A DNA stretch of 60,862 nucleotides, the filler included, from Circinaria calcarea (lineage: Eukaryota): the NCBI GenBank assembly GCA_051942165.1. It is 10 parts of 10 records of this genome, joined end to end, with 100 filler letters (N's around TTAATTAATTAA, not from the genome) between each part and the next. Parts side by side here need not be neighbours in the genome. Positions count along the whole stretch, not along the records: positions 1 to 6,000 come from JAVECS010001710.1; positions 6,101 to 12,100 come from JAVECS010001711.1; positions 12,201 to 18,199 come from JAVECS010001712.1; 7 more parts are not named here. One strand, written 5' to 3'. Below, in pieces: positions 1 to 12,519 of the stretch. Position 1 is the first letter of the stretch, and each line of letters begins with the position of its first letter. The notes beneath the pieces were generated by a model. That model saw nothing but the letters and a program-made list of their open reading frames with translations, had not been told where the DNA came from and ran no database searches. The translations under genes and the position numbers were made by a program.

Positions 1-2402
1 CCCCCAACCCCAACCCCCAACTCCACCTCCACCTCCTCGACGACAAAGCCCTCATAGTCCTCGAGGCTCTTCTGCACATGCACCTTGAACTTGATAATAT
101 CGTTGAGCATGCGCTCGATCTCGGTGTGGAGTTCTTCGCGCAAGGCGTTGGCGCGGAGGGTGAGTTGTTCGTACCTGTTTTGTGAATGTGTGTGAGAGCC
201 GGGGAAGAAGGGTAGAAGGGAAGGGGAAGAGGGGAAAAAGGGGCAATACGGGAAAAAAAAGGGGAAGACCAACTCGATATTCGTATTCATCTCCCTCTGC
301 TCCATTAGCTGCACGCTCTCCGACAAGCCGGCCCGCATCTTCGCGAGCTCCTTTTCCATCTTCTCAATCTGCGCGTCCGACGCCAACTTCTGCGTCGTGG
401 TGACCTCCTTGGACCGCTCAAACTCCTCCTCCGCCGCGCGGACCCGATGTTCCAGCGCCTCGACCTCGGTGCGCTTGTCGTCAATCGCCTCGGCCAGCTC
501 ATCGAGCAGGCGGTGGTTCTCCTCGTCGTGGTCCTTGGCCGCGTTGCGGCGCTTGTTGATTTCCTTGCGCAGCTGGTGTAGTTGGGCTTTGACGGTGCCG
601 CGGAGGTCGAGGTTGAGAACGTGAGCGGGCTGGTAACCGGTGGCAGGGTCGGCGAGGAGGCGGTCGCTGCCGTCCGCGATGGGGCCGGAGACGCGGAGGG
701 AGGAGGTGAAGGGGAGGCTGGGTTTGGTGGTGAGGTGGAGTTCGAAGTCGGAGCCGTGGGCGTTGATGGCGGTGGAGGGGATGAGGCCGATTTGGTAGCA
801 GAGAGAGTTGTACTTGTCGATGCAGCGCTCCAGCTCTTCGAGTTTGGCGCTGGTCTCGGCCTCCTTTTCGGAGACTCGCTTTCGCGTTTCTTCGAGTTTG
901 ATGTTGGCGGCTTCGACGCCTTTTTGCAATCTCTCGCGCTCGCTGTTCATGCGATCGATGTCCTGGACCGAGATTCCTTGTCGGTCTACAGTTTCTTGGA
1001 GATTTTCTTTTTCTTCTTGTGCCTCTTTCAACTCTGTTTCTCGGTCTTCGATATCCTTTACTAGCGCCTCAATTGATTTTTCATATCTCTTCACCTTTTC
1101 GTCCATCTTGGTATTGTACTCCTCAAACTTTCTTCTATCGTCCTCCAAGATCTTGAAGTCATTGTCAAGTTTGGCTAAGTTTGGGGTGCCTCTTTCTACT
1201 TCATCTATTTGCTGCTTCAACGCAGCATTCTCCGCCTCTAGAATTTTTAGGTCTTCAAGGTGTTGCTTATTGCCGTACTCAAACTCAGCTGCCATGGCTT
1301 GGATGTGTGGAAGTAGAAGCTTTTCTGATTCCTCGTCATCATCCTCGCCGTCAACTTGAAGCCAGTCTCTATAGGCCCCACTCAAGAATCGGAAGATGAT
1401 GCGATCTCCAGTGACATCCACCCCGGCTTCTGCGCATGCATCGTCGTATGTTCCGAGGTCGTATCGATCTAACATTTGCGCAAGCTGCATTATCCAGTGG
1501 AGCATACCAAGAAAAGTCGACCAACTCTGACCTCCCACAGCTCCCAGCTGACTTTTTGTAATGCTTTTCTCATATGGATACCGGAGTTGTTTCAAGATTG
1601 GTGGAACTTCAAAATCCATACTCTTCTGAAATCGATAAGCCGGATCGATACGATGATACAGCCACTGGAAAATAGCCTCAAAGTCTTTCTGCGTCGGTGA
1701 CTTCAGTGTGTTTTGTCCAAGCTGACGCTTCATTTCCATTTCAAAGTTATTGTGTGTCATGTAATCCAACAACTCTTGTCCAATCCTTGCTCGATAGGAT
1801 ACGTCTTTCAGAGGCCGAGGATCCCGAGGCACGCTTGCAGGTATCGGAGCCTGCACAAAAAATGATTGTTGTGCCACAGGTCCAATGGATGATGGTCGTG
1901 AGTAGACGCTGCTTCTCCGCTGTAGACTCTGTGATGCGCTCATTGGAGGTTGCATATGGGGCGTCATCACGCTGCCGGGTGCATAACTCATTCTTTGGCT
2001 GGACATGCTGCCAAAGATGTTGGCTGAAGAGGTCCGCTGCACGGTTGACGGTCGACCCGCATCTGCAAGATTTGTACCAGAGGAAGAGCGCTGAAAGCTT
2101 GGCTGTTGCGGACGATTGGGCGCAAGTGACATGCGTGAGGATGAGACTGATCTGGCATGATGCGCCGTGTGAGAAGGTTGTATCTGAGAGTCTCGGACAT
2201 TGGATATTGAACTCGATCGTTTGAGAGCGGACGCGGGTTGCGGTATGGCGGAATTGAAATTGAGGCCACCCAGAGTCTGGAGTGAAGAAGATTAGTGAAG
2301 CTTTACTTGCATATATTCTCAATTCAAGGTCTGCTGCATCTTTAGCTGGATCCATACCTCTCGAGGTCTGCGGACACTGAAAAGGCCAGTGTCTTGCGAC
2401 AT
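1..2402 (-). CDS. NDC80: Kinetochore protein Ndc80/Hec1 (3 exons, 3' end truncated at window edge)
   Basis: Manual translation: ATG 2402 [15 protein letters not shown], intron 2357-2277, then ...PRDPRPLKD...[59 protein letters not shown] (HEC1 CH domain), long coiled coil, intron 273-175, [41 protein letters not shown]. Missing from the ORF track, probably because the frame has no stop before the contig end. Confidence 0.95.
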
Positions 2403-2569
2403 CTTGTCAGCTTGAATATGTCGCGCCCAAGCAGTTGACGCAATTAGGACAATTTATTTAATGATGCAGCTACATCAGACAGAAGCAAGAGCAAAGACTT
2501 GCTAGCATTGGAGTTGAATGAACAGCGTTGATATCCACAATATCAAGTTGACGTCCGCAAACATCGGGG

Positions 2570-2590
2570 GTAAACAAACGCGTGGATTGG
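2570..2590. promoter_or_regulatory. Forkhead site (GTAAACAAA) overlapping an MCB element (ACGCGT), followed by an inverted CCAAT, in the NDC80/PEX14 divergent promoter
   Basis: GTAAACAAACGCGTGGATTGG at 2570-2590, about 170 bp upstream of the NDC80 ATG. Matches known Fkh and MBF consensus sites; function inferred. Confidence 0.5.
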
Positions 2591-2815
2591 TCAGAGCTAC
2601 AGCCCCCTACGTGTGCTCTCCCACAGCTAAGCCCTATGGGACGGTGCCGAGGTCAATTGCATCCTCCACATTTGGTTTTCACGATTGCGCGCCCGGAGAG
2701 CTTTGTAGCCAGTTATATACAGTATTGTTGATTGGCTTATTCTTAAAGGAAGGTATGAGGACTACTGAGCTCGGAGCAATGGACTTTTAACTCATCTTTC
2801 TCCCATCTCTCCATC

Positions 2816-4198
2816 ATGATGGTCCGGGAAGACTTGATCTCTTCTGCTGTAAGTGCTGCGATCCACCTTTGCGACTTATGGCTAATTGCTTGCATAGGTC
2901 TCGTGTAAGTCGTGTGGGGTAGATGGGTTCGTATCATGAGTATTCCTGGCTCTTTTACTGATTGGCTTTTGCGCTCCAGTCCTACAAGATCCTTCTGTTG
3001 CCGCCTCCCCTCTAGAAAAGCGCAAGGCATTCCTCAAATCTAAGAATCTCACGCAAGAAGAAATCGACTTGGCTTTAGCAAGGGCAAAAGAGGACACATC
3101 ATCTTGGAACGCTGGAGCTGTTGCTGCACCCAATCAAACAGAACACGGATACTCGAATCCACCAATAACAAGGCCACCGGCTTCACCGAACGCATACAGC
3201 TACGGCTATGGATCGTATCAGGGCGGTCCCTGGGGCCAAATACCGCCGCCACCAGAGTTAGCATATCCTTTCACCAAATGTTCAGTAGCGTATCTAACTT
3301 CAGCAGACCACCCCGGCGAGACTGGCGAGACTGGTTCATTATGGCTACGGTGACAGGGGGTGTTAGTTACGGTCTTTACACTGTTGCTAAAGTAGGTGCC
3401 TGGCCTTTACTATAAAAAACGTATATTGCTCATCATCGGCTACCCTAGCGTTACCTGTTACCTCTTATAGCTCCTCCGACTCCACCTCAATTGGAGCAAG
3501 ACAAAGCAGAGATAGATGCCTCCTTCAGTCGGGCGTTCGCCTTGATTGATCAACTAGCAACGGATACTTCAGCTATCAAGTCTGCTGAAACTGAGAGAAC
3601 CGAGAAGCTTGATACAGCTTTGCGAGAAGTTGAGTCGGTAGTCAGCGAGCTCAAAACGGCGAGTAAGAGAAGGGAAGAAGATGGCAGGAGGATAGCGGAT
3701 GAAGTACGCGCACTTAAAGACCTGATACCCAAAGCGCTTGAAGGATGGAAAGCGGACGGGGATGGAAAATTGAAAGAGTTGGGAAGTGAGCTGAATAGCT
3801 TGAAGAAGCTCGTAGGGAACAGAGTGGGAAGTGGAAGCTCTCAAGTGCCTATAGGTAGACCTTACGGCTCAGTCTATTCCGAAAGGGCAGGTGGAATTAG
3901 CGGCGGTACCCCTAAGGATCCGGTAGCATCCGGTTCGCAGCCGTCCATCAGCAGTATGGGTGAAAAGCCAGAGGATTCAGCCACGAACACACCTACATTG
4001 GCGTCCGCGCCGGGGGTGAATGTTCCTAAGAGGGACTCTTCGAGTTCCTTCAACTTTGCATCCAGGCCAAGCGGAAGAGCAGCAATACCAGCATGGCAGA
4101 TGGCTGCGGCCGAGAGCAAAGATAAGAGTAGCAAAGGCTCAGCTGTTCCCAACATTGATGCAGCGACGGAAGAGGCCGAACCCTCTACTGATGCGTGA
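2816..4198 (+). CDS. PEX14: Peroxisomal membrane anchor peroxin 14 (5 exons including a 7-nt micro-exon)
   Basis: Spliced N-terminus [46 protein letters not shown] (Pex14_N), RDWRDWFIMATVTGGVSYGLY, PLIAPPTPPQLEQDK, coiled coil, C-terminal AIPAWQMAA. Confidence 0.95.
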
Positions 4199-4545
4199 AA
4201 ATAGGGAGGGGGTGTTGCTCGAATCCAAGATAATTCACTATTGAGGCGTTCCCAGGGCGTTCTGTGATCGTGAAGGTCAACGTTACTATCCATCTGGTGC
4301 TAAAATCTAGCGTCGGCCTCACAAGCTCATTTATTGTTAGATTAGTTGGTATATCCCTATAATGCCATTTTCCTTTTATCGATCTACTCATCGACTAGAT
4401 TCTCTGCAGGTTATTCCCCAGGCAGTTCGTACTCGCGAGTACATCTTGAATTCTACAGAGCTATCATTTCCCCTTGTCTGGCTTTGGAATCGAGAGCTGA
4501 CATGATCTGTCTTCTCTTTTCAACGTGACTTTTTCTTACCCCGCT

Positions 4546-6000
4546 ATGTCTACCCCGCCATTCGAGCCACCATCCTCCATCCTTATTATAGGCGCAGGTG
4601 TCTTTGGACGTACGTTTCCGTTTCAGCTGCGTCTTTTACTGCTCATCTTCTCCATCAGTCTCCACCGCGCTTGCGCTTCTATCACGACCTCGCTATCATT
4701 ATACCCACATCACCATCCTAGACGGCCAAACCCCTAACCCGGTGTCTTCACCCCAGGAACCTAATCCGCCAACAACCTCTCTCGACTCTTCTCGCATCAT
4801 CCGCGCCGACTATGCCGTTCCTGCCTACGCTCGACTCGCCGTCTCTGCGCAGAAGCTGTGGCGTCAAGGATGGGGTGGAGAAGGACATTATCATGAGTGT
4901 GGACTAGTTGTGACTGCAGCTTATGGCGACGGTGGAGGCGGGAGAGCCTACGTGACAAGTAGCTTAGAGAATGTACGGAGATTAGAAGAGGAGCGTGGTC
5001 TCGGTGTGCGTGGAAAAGTGGTCCAAGAGCTGGGAGACGGTGAGGCTATAAGGAGTGTTATGATCGGAACGGAAGGAGCCAGCGGATCCTATGGCTACGT
5101 AAATTGGGGGAGTGGTTGGGCCGATGCCACTGGAGCAGTGTGTGAGATCCGGGCGCGAATCACTCGAATAAATGTTGAGCGGGAAAAAGCCGGGTTTGGA
5201 AAAGTATATTGGAGAAGCGGCATCGTCCAGCAACTCTTGTTCGAATCTATTCCGGGCTCAGCTATCGGACCTTTGAAATCTCCAACACACGTCGTCAGAG
5301 GTGCTCTTTTAAACGACGGTACCACGCTCCTCGCCGCCTTAACAATTCTGGCCACCGGCGCTTGGACATCGCTCCTCCTTAACACGCGCCACTACCTCAC
5401 CGCGACGGGCCAAGTGCTTGCATACATTCAGCTCACTGCCGACGAGACGGCCCGGTTGAAGGACATGCCGGTTTTGCTAAACATGTGTTCGGGCATGTTC
5501 ATTATCCCGCCTACGCCCAGCGGAGAATTGAAGATAGCGCGACATGGATATGGATACCGGAATCCGGTACTTATTCCAAATCCGGAACCCCTCGATTCGG
5601 CCAATAAGGACTCGTCGATTTACACCAGTCTCCCAGCCTCTGATTTTGCAAGTATTCCCCCGGAAGGTGAGGCAGCTTGCCGTGCCTTCCTCGCTACCCT
5701 TCTTCCGTCTCTTTCTGACCGGCCTTTCTCCCGCACGCGAACCTGTTGGTACATGGATACTCCTACTGCAGACTTTCTGATAGACTGGCATCCGAAGTAT
5801 TCGGGATTATTTGTGGCCACCGGGGGAAGTGGGCATGGGTATAAGTTCTTCCCTGTGCTAGGGGAGAAGATTGTGGATGCTGTGGAGGGAAAATTGGAAG
5901 ATGGGTTGAAAGACTTGTGGAGGTGGAGAGAAGGAAGACGTGGGGAGTGGGGAACTGAAGACGGTTCGAGGGGAGGTCGAAAGGGAATGAGGTGGGAGGA
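4546..6000 (+). CDS. FAD-dependent oxidase of the sarcosine / L-pipecolate / fructosyl-amino-acid oxidase family (3' end truncated)
   Basis: ILIIGAGVFG dinucleotide-binding motif, intron 4610-4658, DSSRIIRADY, ATGAWT, CWYMDTPTADFLID, ATGGSGHGYKFFPVLG. Confidence 0.9.
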
Positions 6001-6100
6001 NNNNNNNNNNNNNNNNNNNNNNNNNNNNNNNNNNNNNNNNNNNNTTAATTAATTAANNNNNNNNNNNNNNNNNNNNNNNNNNNNNNNNNNNNNNNNNNNN
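6001..6100. other. Artificial contig linker (N run + TTAATTAATTAA six-frame stop + N run), first of nine
   Basis: The same 100-nt linker recurs at 12101-12200, 18200-18299, 24298-24397, 30394-30493, 36490-36589, 42586-42685, 48682-48781 and 54774-54873. Confidence 0.98.
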
Positions 6101-8034
6101 CCTATCCCTCTCCCTCTCCCTCTCCCTCCCCTCCCCTCCCCCGGCGACCGCGCATCATGCAAATCGTCCAGCTCGCTCTCGTCAAAGTCGGCTGCCTCCA
6201 CATCCCGCCTCGAGCCATTCTCGCCCATCAGCCGCGACGAATCCGAGTACTCGCCGAAGATGCCCAGGCCCCGGTAACCGGCTCGCCGTCGGCGGTCCTG
6301 CCAGACGTACCAGCCAAAGCCGAGGGCGAGGATGATGACGACGACGAGGGCGATGGCGCCGGAGCGATAATAGGCTGCCCAGCGCGCATCGTCGAGCTGT
6401 TCCTTGGCGACCTGTTCGGCAGCCGTGCTGTTGGGATGGCCGCCCACGCTCGTTTCGAGGCCCTTTTCACCGTCGATGCGGGAATCCGTCGGGATGCCGC
6501 CGATGCTGCCAATATCGACTTTGAGGAAGCGGTCGAGCATGTCGCGGGAGCGGCGGGGGTAGTCAAAGGGGACCATGTGGGAGGAGTTGTAGAAGAGCAC
6601 GTACGTGAGGTTGCGCGCTTCTTGGTAGATGCCCGCGGGTTCGCCTTCAAAGGTCCAGTCGCGGCGGGGTGCCCAGACTCCGGGGGAGAGCTCGAAGCCC
6701 TTGGCGCCGGCCCATTCCATGTTGTGGATTAGTTCTTCGGTACCGACGTGGTTGCAGATGAGGTCTTGGTCGCCGGAGAAGAGGGTGACGGGAACTTGTT
6801 CCAATAGACCCGGGAGGAGTGTGATGGAAGGTTTGGATCGCGGAGTCTTGAAGGCACCACTGACTGCACCAGAGCACTCGCTCCAGCCAGTGCGCTTATC
6901 GTGATTGACATGGAGAGCTTCGACGACATCTGGGCGACGGAGGTACGGTGTTATGTTCACGAGATCGGGAGGCCAGTTCATTCCGCAACTTGGGTAGGTG
7001 TCGTCGAGGCGGATGTCGTACATGTTTACACAGCGGCCGTTCTTCACGGTTAACTTGAGGATGTCTTGTAGGATCTTTTCGCATTCGGAATATGACACGT
7101 GTGCAAACTTTCCATCCTTTTCAAGAGTGTGCTTGCAACGCTCCTCTTGCGCTTCCAATTGTCGGGCAATATCAGAGCCTTTCTCGACCAGACCTGACCT
7201 GTAGGCATATTCTAGGTAAGCGTAAGATTGTTCTTCAGGTGCGATCCATGCGTTCCCAATTAGCAGCCCGGAAAGATTCCACTTCTTGGTGGTTGTTGGC
7301 AATTTGTTCCGGTCTAGGATAGCTTGTGCTATATATGGAATATGTTGCCCGGCGTATGATTCCCCAGAAAAATAGAGCTATCCTCCCGATTAGCACTGAT
7401 TTATGCAGATCTAGATTCACAAGGCCTCACATCATTCTCTTGGTATTCAGGAAACATATCAAAGAACTTCTCAAGAAAGATCACCATATTATTTGCCATT
7501 TCTTTTAACTCGTGCAAATAGCTGTCCGAATCCACATAGCTGAAACCAGTTCCCACCGGATTATCGACGAAGAGAAGATTGGCAAACTCATCCCACGCCC
7601 CATCGTTATAGACCAAATGCTCATTGTCCTTTAGTCGATATGGCCCTACTTCCATTAGAGCCCCGTCCATTGAGCTACATCCCGGTCCCCCGTTTAACCA
7701 AATCACTGTTCGTTGTCGATTTGCAATGTGACGGTTTTGGAAGTGCCAGAAAAAAAGGTTGCCGTGGTGCTCCGAGTTGACTTCGATGTGCCTGTTAAAG
7801 TGAGCTGGCGTCAGCATATGTGCCCCTAGAGTAGTGGAACACTTACCCAGCATGCATCCTAAGTAACGGCCCTTCTGGCTGCCCAGGTAAAGATTGAACG
7901 TAATAGTCTGCGGCAGACTTTGCGAATACTGATACGGGAAACATAAAGGACAGAAACATAAGGCTCCATAGCTTGGGTATGGGTAATGTAGCATCCTGAC
8001 GCCGCCGCGAAGGAGGGTGTGTAAAGAAGCGCAT
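6101..8034 (-). CDS. KEX1: Pheromone-processing serine carboxypeptidase Kex1 (S10 family; 3' end truncated)
   Basis: Signal peptide, [35 protein letters not shown] (catalytic Ser), GDQDLICN (Asp), NSSHMVPFD (His), single TM helix, acidic cytosolic tail [10 protein letters not shown]; two introns. Confidence 0.95.
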
Positions 8035-8719
8035 GGCGTTATAAGAGAGCGGACGACGGCCGACTGGACAAGTTCCCTTTGATCTTTAGCAGGGAGAGGT
8101 CCCTGGAGCCGATAAATTGACTATATAGGCCTTTGTGTGAATGGATGTATCCTCATATAACTGCCATGGTTGCCCGCGTCTCGCCTTGGGTAGGAAGATA
8201 CGCTGTTAAGGAGTGAATCTTGCCCAGTGTACTTTTAGGATGAGAGACTCGGCAAAGCAGATGTGAGGTACGGCTTACAGTAATATGTCAAAGAACTGCA
8301 AAATTGCAGTCTTATTGTTCAGCGCCGTTATTGGGACACATGTTGGGTTGCGCAGCCCTGTTTACTCAGCACGGGCCCCCACCCAACCAGATGCAACACT
8401 GTGGCTAGTGAGCCTGCGCCTTATAACGCCAAAGGTTGCTTTCTTCCTAGTGTTCCACGGCTCTCTCATGCCCTCATGCTATCTATCAATAACAAATTTC
8501 TTAGAGTTAAATAGTTCCACAAGCTCTAATGGAATCCGGTATGAGTGCTATTTTCATTCACCGACACCTGATTGCTTTCTCATTCCCATCTCAACCTTTT
8601 CATCCCATTTTGTTAAATCGTGTTCCCACGTGAGCTCTATTCACGAGCAGTTGTTGAGGTATACAAAGATCTTTATAGGTTCCTTAGCAAGCAAAGTTTT
8701 CGATTTCATTTTGTATTTA

Positions 8720-9581
8720 TTACAAAAGATCCCCAAAGCCTTTGTCTGAGTCCTGCTTGATCAAATCCAGCAAGCCCTGACCATAAACGGTCAGCAGAGA
8801 TACCTATGTTCAACAATGCTTCCCCGAACAGGACGACTCACGTCTGGCATCACTGGATTTCCACCATCGTCCTTTACGTATCGAAATGGCATCTCCGTAC
8901 TTTCATGTTCGTCGATCTTGAACTCTGGATTGTCCACGAATGGTATCTCACTCAGGGCCACTACAGAAACGTCTACGAGTTACCCCTGAGAATTATCACT
9001 GTTGGTTTGATTGCGTACTTCTCTGCTGGATGACCATTCGTGTTACGCGCACGGCCGTGTCTGTTGTCATTTGCACCGGGCCAAGTCTACGGCCTTGAAA
9101 CCCCTTTTTCCTGAGCTCCGAGGTTCTGTCTACGTCCTGTCAGTTTCACGATGTAAAACCAAAGAGTATACCAATCGTCGTCCTTACCGCGAGGAGGATC
9201 GTCTCCTATCAAGGTCAACTAAGATCAGTTTAGATTGCTGCCAACCGCAAATCGGTTCATACCCAGTATACCGCCAAAAAGAAAGACGTCGAAGTTTGCT
9301 GCATCGTCTACCGAGAGCTCCGTCTTGGCAGCTGGGTCCAGCAAACACACTCGCCCCTTGTCGTTGGCATATATCTCTTCGACGCTTCGATGCTCGATCA
9401 CCAGTCCTGGAACGTCTCGAAGAGTGGACGGCAGAGTCAGGCTCCTTGGGAGCGAGGAGAGACAAAACGCGGCTCCATTGGCTTTTGATTCTTCTGCAAT
9501 GGCCTGGTATTCTAGTAATGACCACGGACCTAACTCCGGATCGAGATGCTCAACCACATATGTCTTTTGCGGGAGTGACAT
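8720..9581 (-). CDS. SFM1: SPOUT-family SAM-dependent methyltransferase Sfm1 (DUF431), multi-exon
   Basis: YVVEHLDPELGPWSLLEY, VCLLDPAA, FLFGGILG-DDPPR, DRTSELRKKGFQGRRLGPVQMTTDTAVRVT, ESTEMPFRYV; stop TAA at 8722-8720. Confidence 0.88.
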
Positions 9582-10477
9582 CTCTCCCGACAGGGTGACA
9601 GGGTGACAGAGTGACAGACGGGAATATTGCTTGGATGGCTGGGGAAGAGAATTCACCGTGACTGATCAGAGGAGTTGTCAGGTGCAGACCGACACGAAGC
9701 CTCGAATCCCGAGGGGGTGCGCCTAGAGTAGCCGCAGATGCAGGGAAGGACGTTCTGCTGCAGTCTTATCGATAGTAGACAGTTTCCCATGCGCGGCACT
9801 TTTTCTGATTCGCGTTTCGGGTGTCGGATTGCCGTGAAGTGACGTGCAAAGGTGACTAAGGAGTAAAGACCAGGCCGTCGGTAACTTAGCTTCCAACTCT
9901 TGGCCCGAGTTGGCAACGCCCATGCTTTCTTTTCGGTTTCCCCTCAGCGTCGATGAAGCAGTCCAATGATAAGCAAACCAACGACGGGGTTTCCTTTGTT
10001 TCAGTCCCACGCAATCCGGTCGGGTGACCTGCCTCCACTGCCGTTGAACTTTCCTCCATCGTCACGTGCCGTCGTAAGTCCCCTTCGAGCCGAGCGCGTA
10101 GCTTTAGTCTCGATTCACCATTATTATCCCCACATTCGCCTCCGACTGAACCACCTTACGGCACTGCCTCCGTACCTCATATCAATTGAAACGAAGAACA
10201 AGTGTCCATCAAACACAAAAGAACCCTCCCGGCCATCCGATCGATAGCACTCCCAACATCCATTGGCATCTCCTCATCTTCATTTCATCTATCCTATTCT
10301 ACCATTCCGGACAAGCAGACTCTCCGTTGTCACTGGGCCCGCGCCGACACAGCAGCCCCTTCGGTAGTGGTCGACTACAGCCAAAAGTCTATTATCCATC
10401 ACTACATTCAATCACTGGGTGCAAACATTTAGAGAAATCCTTCTCGATCAACCAGGATAAACGCCCGTCTCTCCATC

Positions 10478-11057
10478 ATGAATCCTCACCAGAAGAACAA
10501 GGTGGACATCAGCGTAAGCAGATTCTTGGATGGACTGGAGGCACAGGCCACTAATGAACATAACCGTAGTCTATGACAGAGGAGGAGCAGAAGCTCTTCC
10601 GCCTTTACGGCAAGCTCCCTAATAAGAAGGACCTGCTTCAGAACAAGCTCAAAGTCAGTCCGGCCTCATCCGTCGAGCTCCGTCAAGTCCTAGCTAACGA
10701 TCAACACCTAAATAGGAGCGGAAGTACTTTGATTCCGGCGATTACGCCCTGGAGAAAGCCGGCAAGACCTCTTCTATCGGCGTCACTTCTATCGGATCCC
10801 AGCATCCTCTACCCGAGAATATCCCGCATCTGAGCTCTCCAGGCCCAGGTAATGGCAGTAATGGGAACGGAAATGGCAGCATCTCAAACAACCAACAACA
10901 AGGCGGTCAAAGCGGAAGTCCTGTGAAAGAGAGCAGCTTCTTAAACCGAGAGACCAGTATAGATGAACAGGACGACAATTTTGGGAACCGGGTCGACGAA
11001 GAGGCCATCAGTCCCCCGCCGGCAAAGGAAGGGATTCCGGTCCGGTGGCAGCATTGA
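10478..11057 (+). CDS. IGO1: Endosulfine / mRNA stability protein Igo1-like (2 introns)
   Basis: MNPHQKNKVDI..MTEEEQKLFRLYGKLPNKKDLLQNKLK-ERKYFDSGDYALEKAGK contains the diagnostic endosulfine FDSGDY motif; stop TGA at 11055-11057. Confidence 0.92.
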
Positions 11058-11957
11058 AGCACACTCCTCAAAACAGAGTACGCAACGTGGACACGCATGA
11101 TCTCCAGACATCATCCATGGTGGCTTGTTTTGCAACCTCTGTACGCCTACACCATGACATCACCGGCCACGACCCTACGAGCAGGACTGTCGCTACGATG
11201 CTCTCCCATTGAACGGACGTGTACTTTTAACGCTACGGCGTTTTGGAGCGGTAGATGCGTATTGCTTTAGCTACAGGGGGCTCGGTACTTGTGTCGATGA
11301 GCACAGACACGGAAGGCTTGTCATCATGTTCTTGAGAATATCCTTTCTTCCGATTCGATTCCAACATGCTTGTTTGCGTTTACCTCGAAAGGAATCTTCA
11401 AGCACAAGGCTTTGATCAGTTTGAATATAAAAGCCCGGCTTGACTTGATACGTAACTCGAGAACTGGATAAATTGCAATCTTAGCCAACTACTACTCACA
11501 TTATGCGCATGCCAATTCTTCGTCGCCTTTTACACACTCCACCCATTTTCTTATACCTTGGCCGCCCCATTCCAAACTCCGCCTACTCACTTTCTCATCC
11601 CTGAGCGAAATGCGAGATCAGTCTAGTCCTCTCCCTTCTCCACCATTGCCGTTATCTCCAACATCTTCTAATATCTCCCCCCATAAGAAGCTTATCCAAT
11701 CCTCTCCTATCCTCCCCTCCATTTTCCCTCCATTTTCCCTCCCCCATCCCGGGGGGTATCCGGGTGGTTATCCTGAGGGTTATACCTAGTACCCTACCAT
11801 ACCTTATTATTATTCAACCGTATGAAACTATGGGGAAAAAACCGGCCCTGTAGAGTAAAATTTTTCCCCAATATGGAAGGGGGGGGGGGGCCTTTTACAA
11901 CGTAATCTTACTTGTATACGTATATGTACATGTATTTTATAGCGTGTGATTAGGTCC

Positions 11958-11985
11958 AAATCTAAATCTAAATCTAAATCTAAAT
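11958..11985. repeat. (AAATCT)4+ short tandem repeat in low-complexity intergenic DNA
   Basis: aaatctaaatctaaatctaaatctaaat read directly. Confidence 0.85.
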
Positions 11986-12519
11986 TGGTTTCCGGATTAA
12001 ATTTTTCAAAATTTCCCTCCCCCCGGAAAAAAAATATAAAAAAAGGGGGAATATAATGCGCGATTGCTTGCGGCCCAAGCCCGAAGACTCTTTGGGGGGG
12101 NNNNNNNNNNNNNNNNNNNNNNNNNNNNNNNNNNNNNNNNNNNNTTAATTAATTAANNNNNNNNNNNNNNNNNNNNNNNNNNNNNNNNNNNNNNNNNNNN
12201 AGATTGGGGCGGGGGGGTTTTAGATTTTACAAATGCGCCGGCCCCTTCCGTGTGCCTTAATGGAATTATGTCGATTGTTGCAACTATGCGCGAAGATGGA
12301 ACGTTGGAATTTGATGTTCTGACCAATGAGGGCATACGAACGTCATATCCCTATCGTCCCCGCCGCCCTGGTGACCAAAATTGTATATATGAGTTACGCT
12401 AGACTATATCCTAGGGATATACATGCTAAATGATTAGGGGCCTCTGAAGTCCCATGCTCGAATCAACCGCATTAACGGACACGCCTACGCAAAAAGATAC
12501 AGCCGCAAACTTTTACCGG

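Noticed and set aside
1747..2355. 202-aa minus-strand ORF and the plus-strand ORFs at 582-1359 and 1697-2224
   Set aside because: Alternative-frame or antisense shadows of NDC80.
6157..6732. Antisense and alternative-frame ORFs over KEX1 (likewise 40788-41578 over the ARO8-like gene)
   Set aside because: Expected from GC-rich codon usage suppressing stops; no independent protein features.
8285..8749. 154-aa ORF between KEX1 and SFM1
   Set aside because: Non-coding-like composition, overlaps the SFM1 3' end antisense, no motifs.
9591..9617. (GGGTGACA)x3 upstream of SFM1
   Set aside because: Real but very short; no evidence of function beyond slippage.
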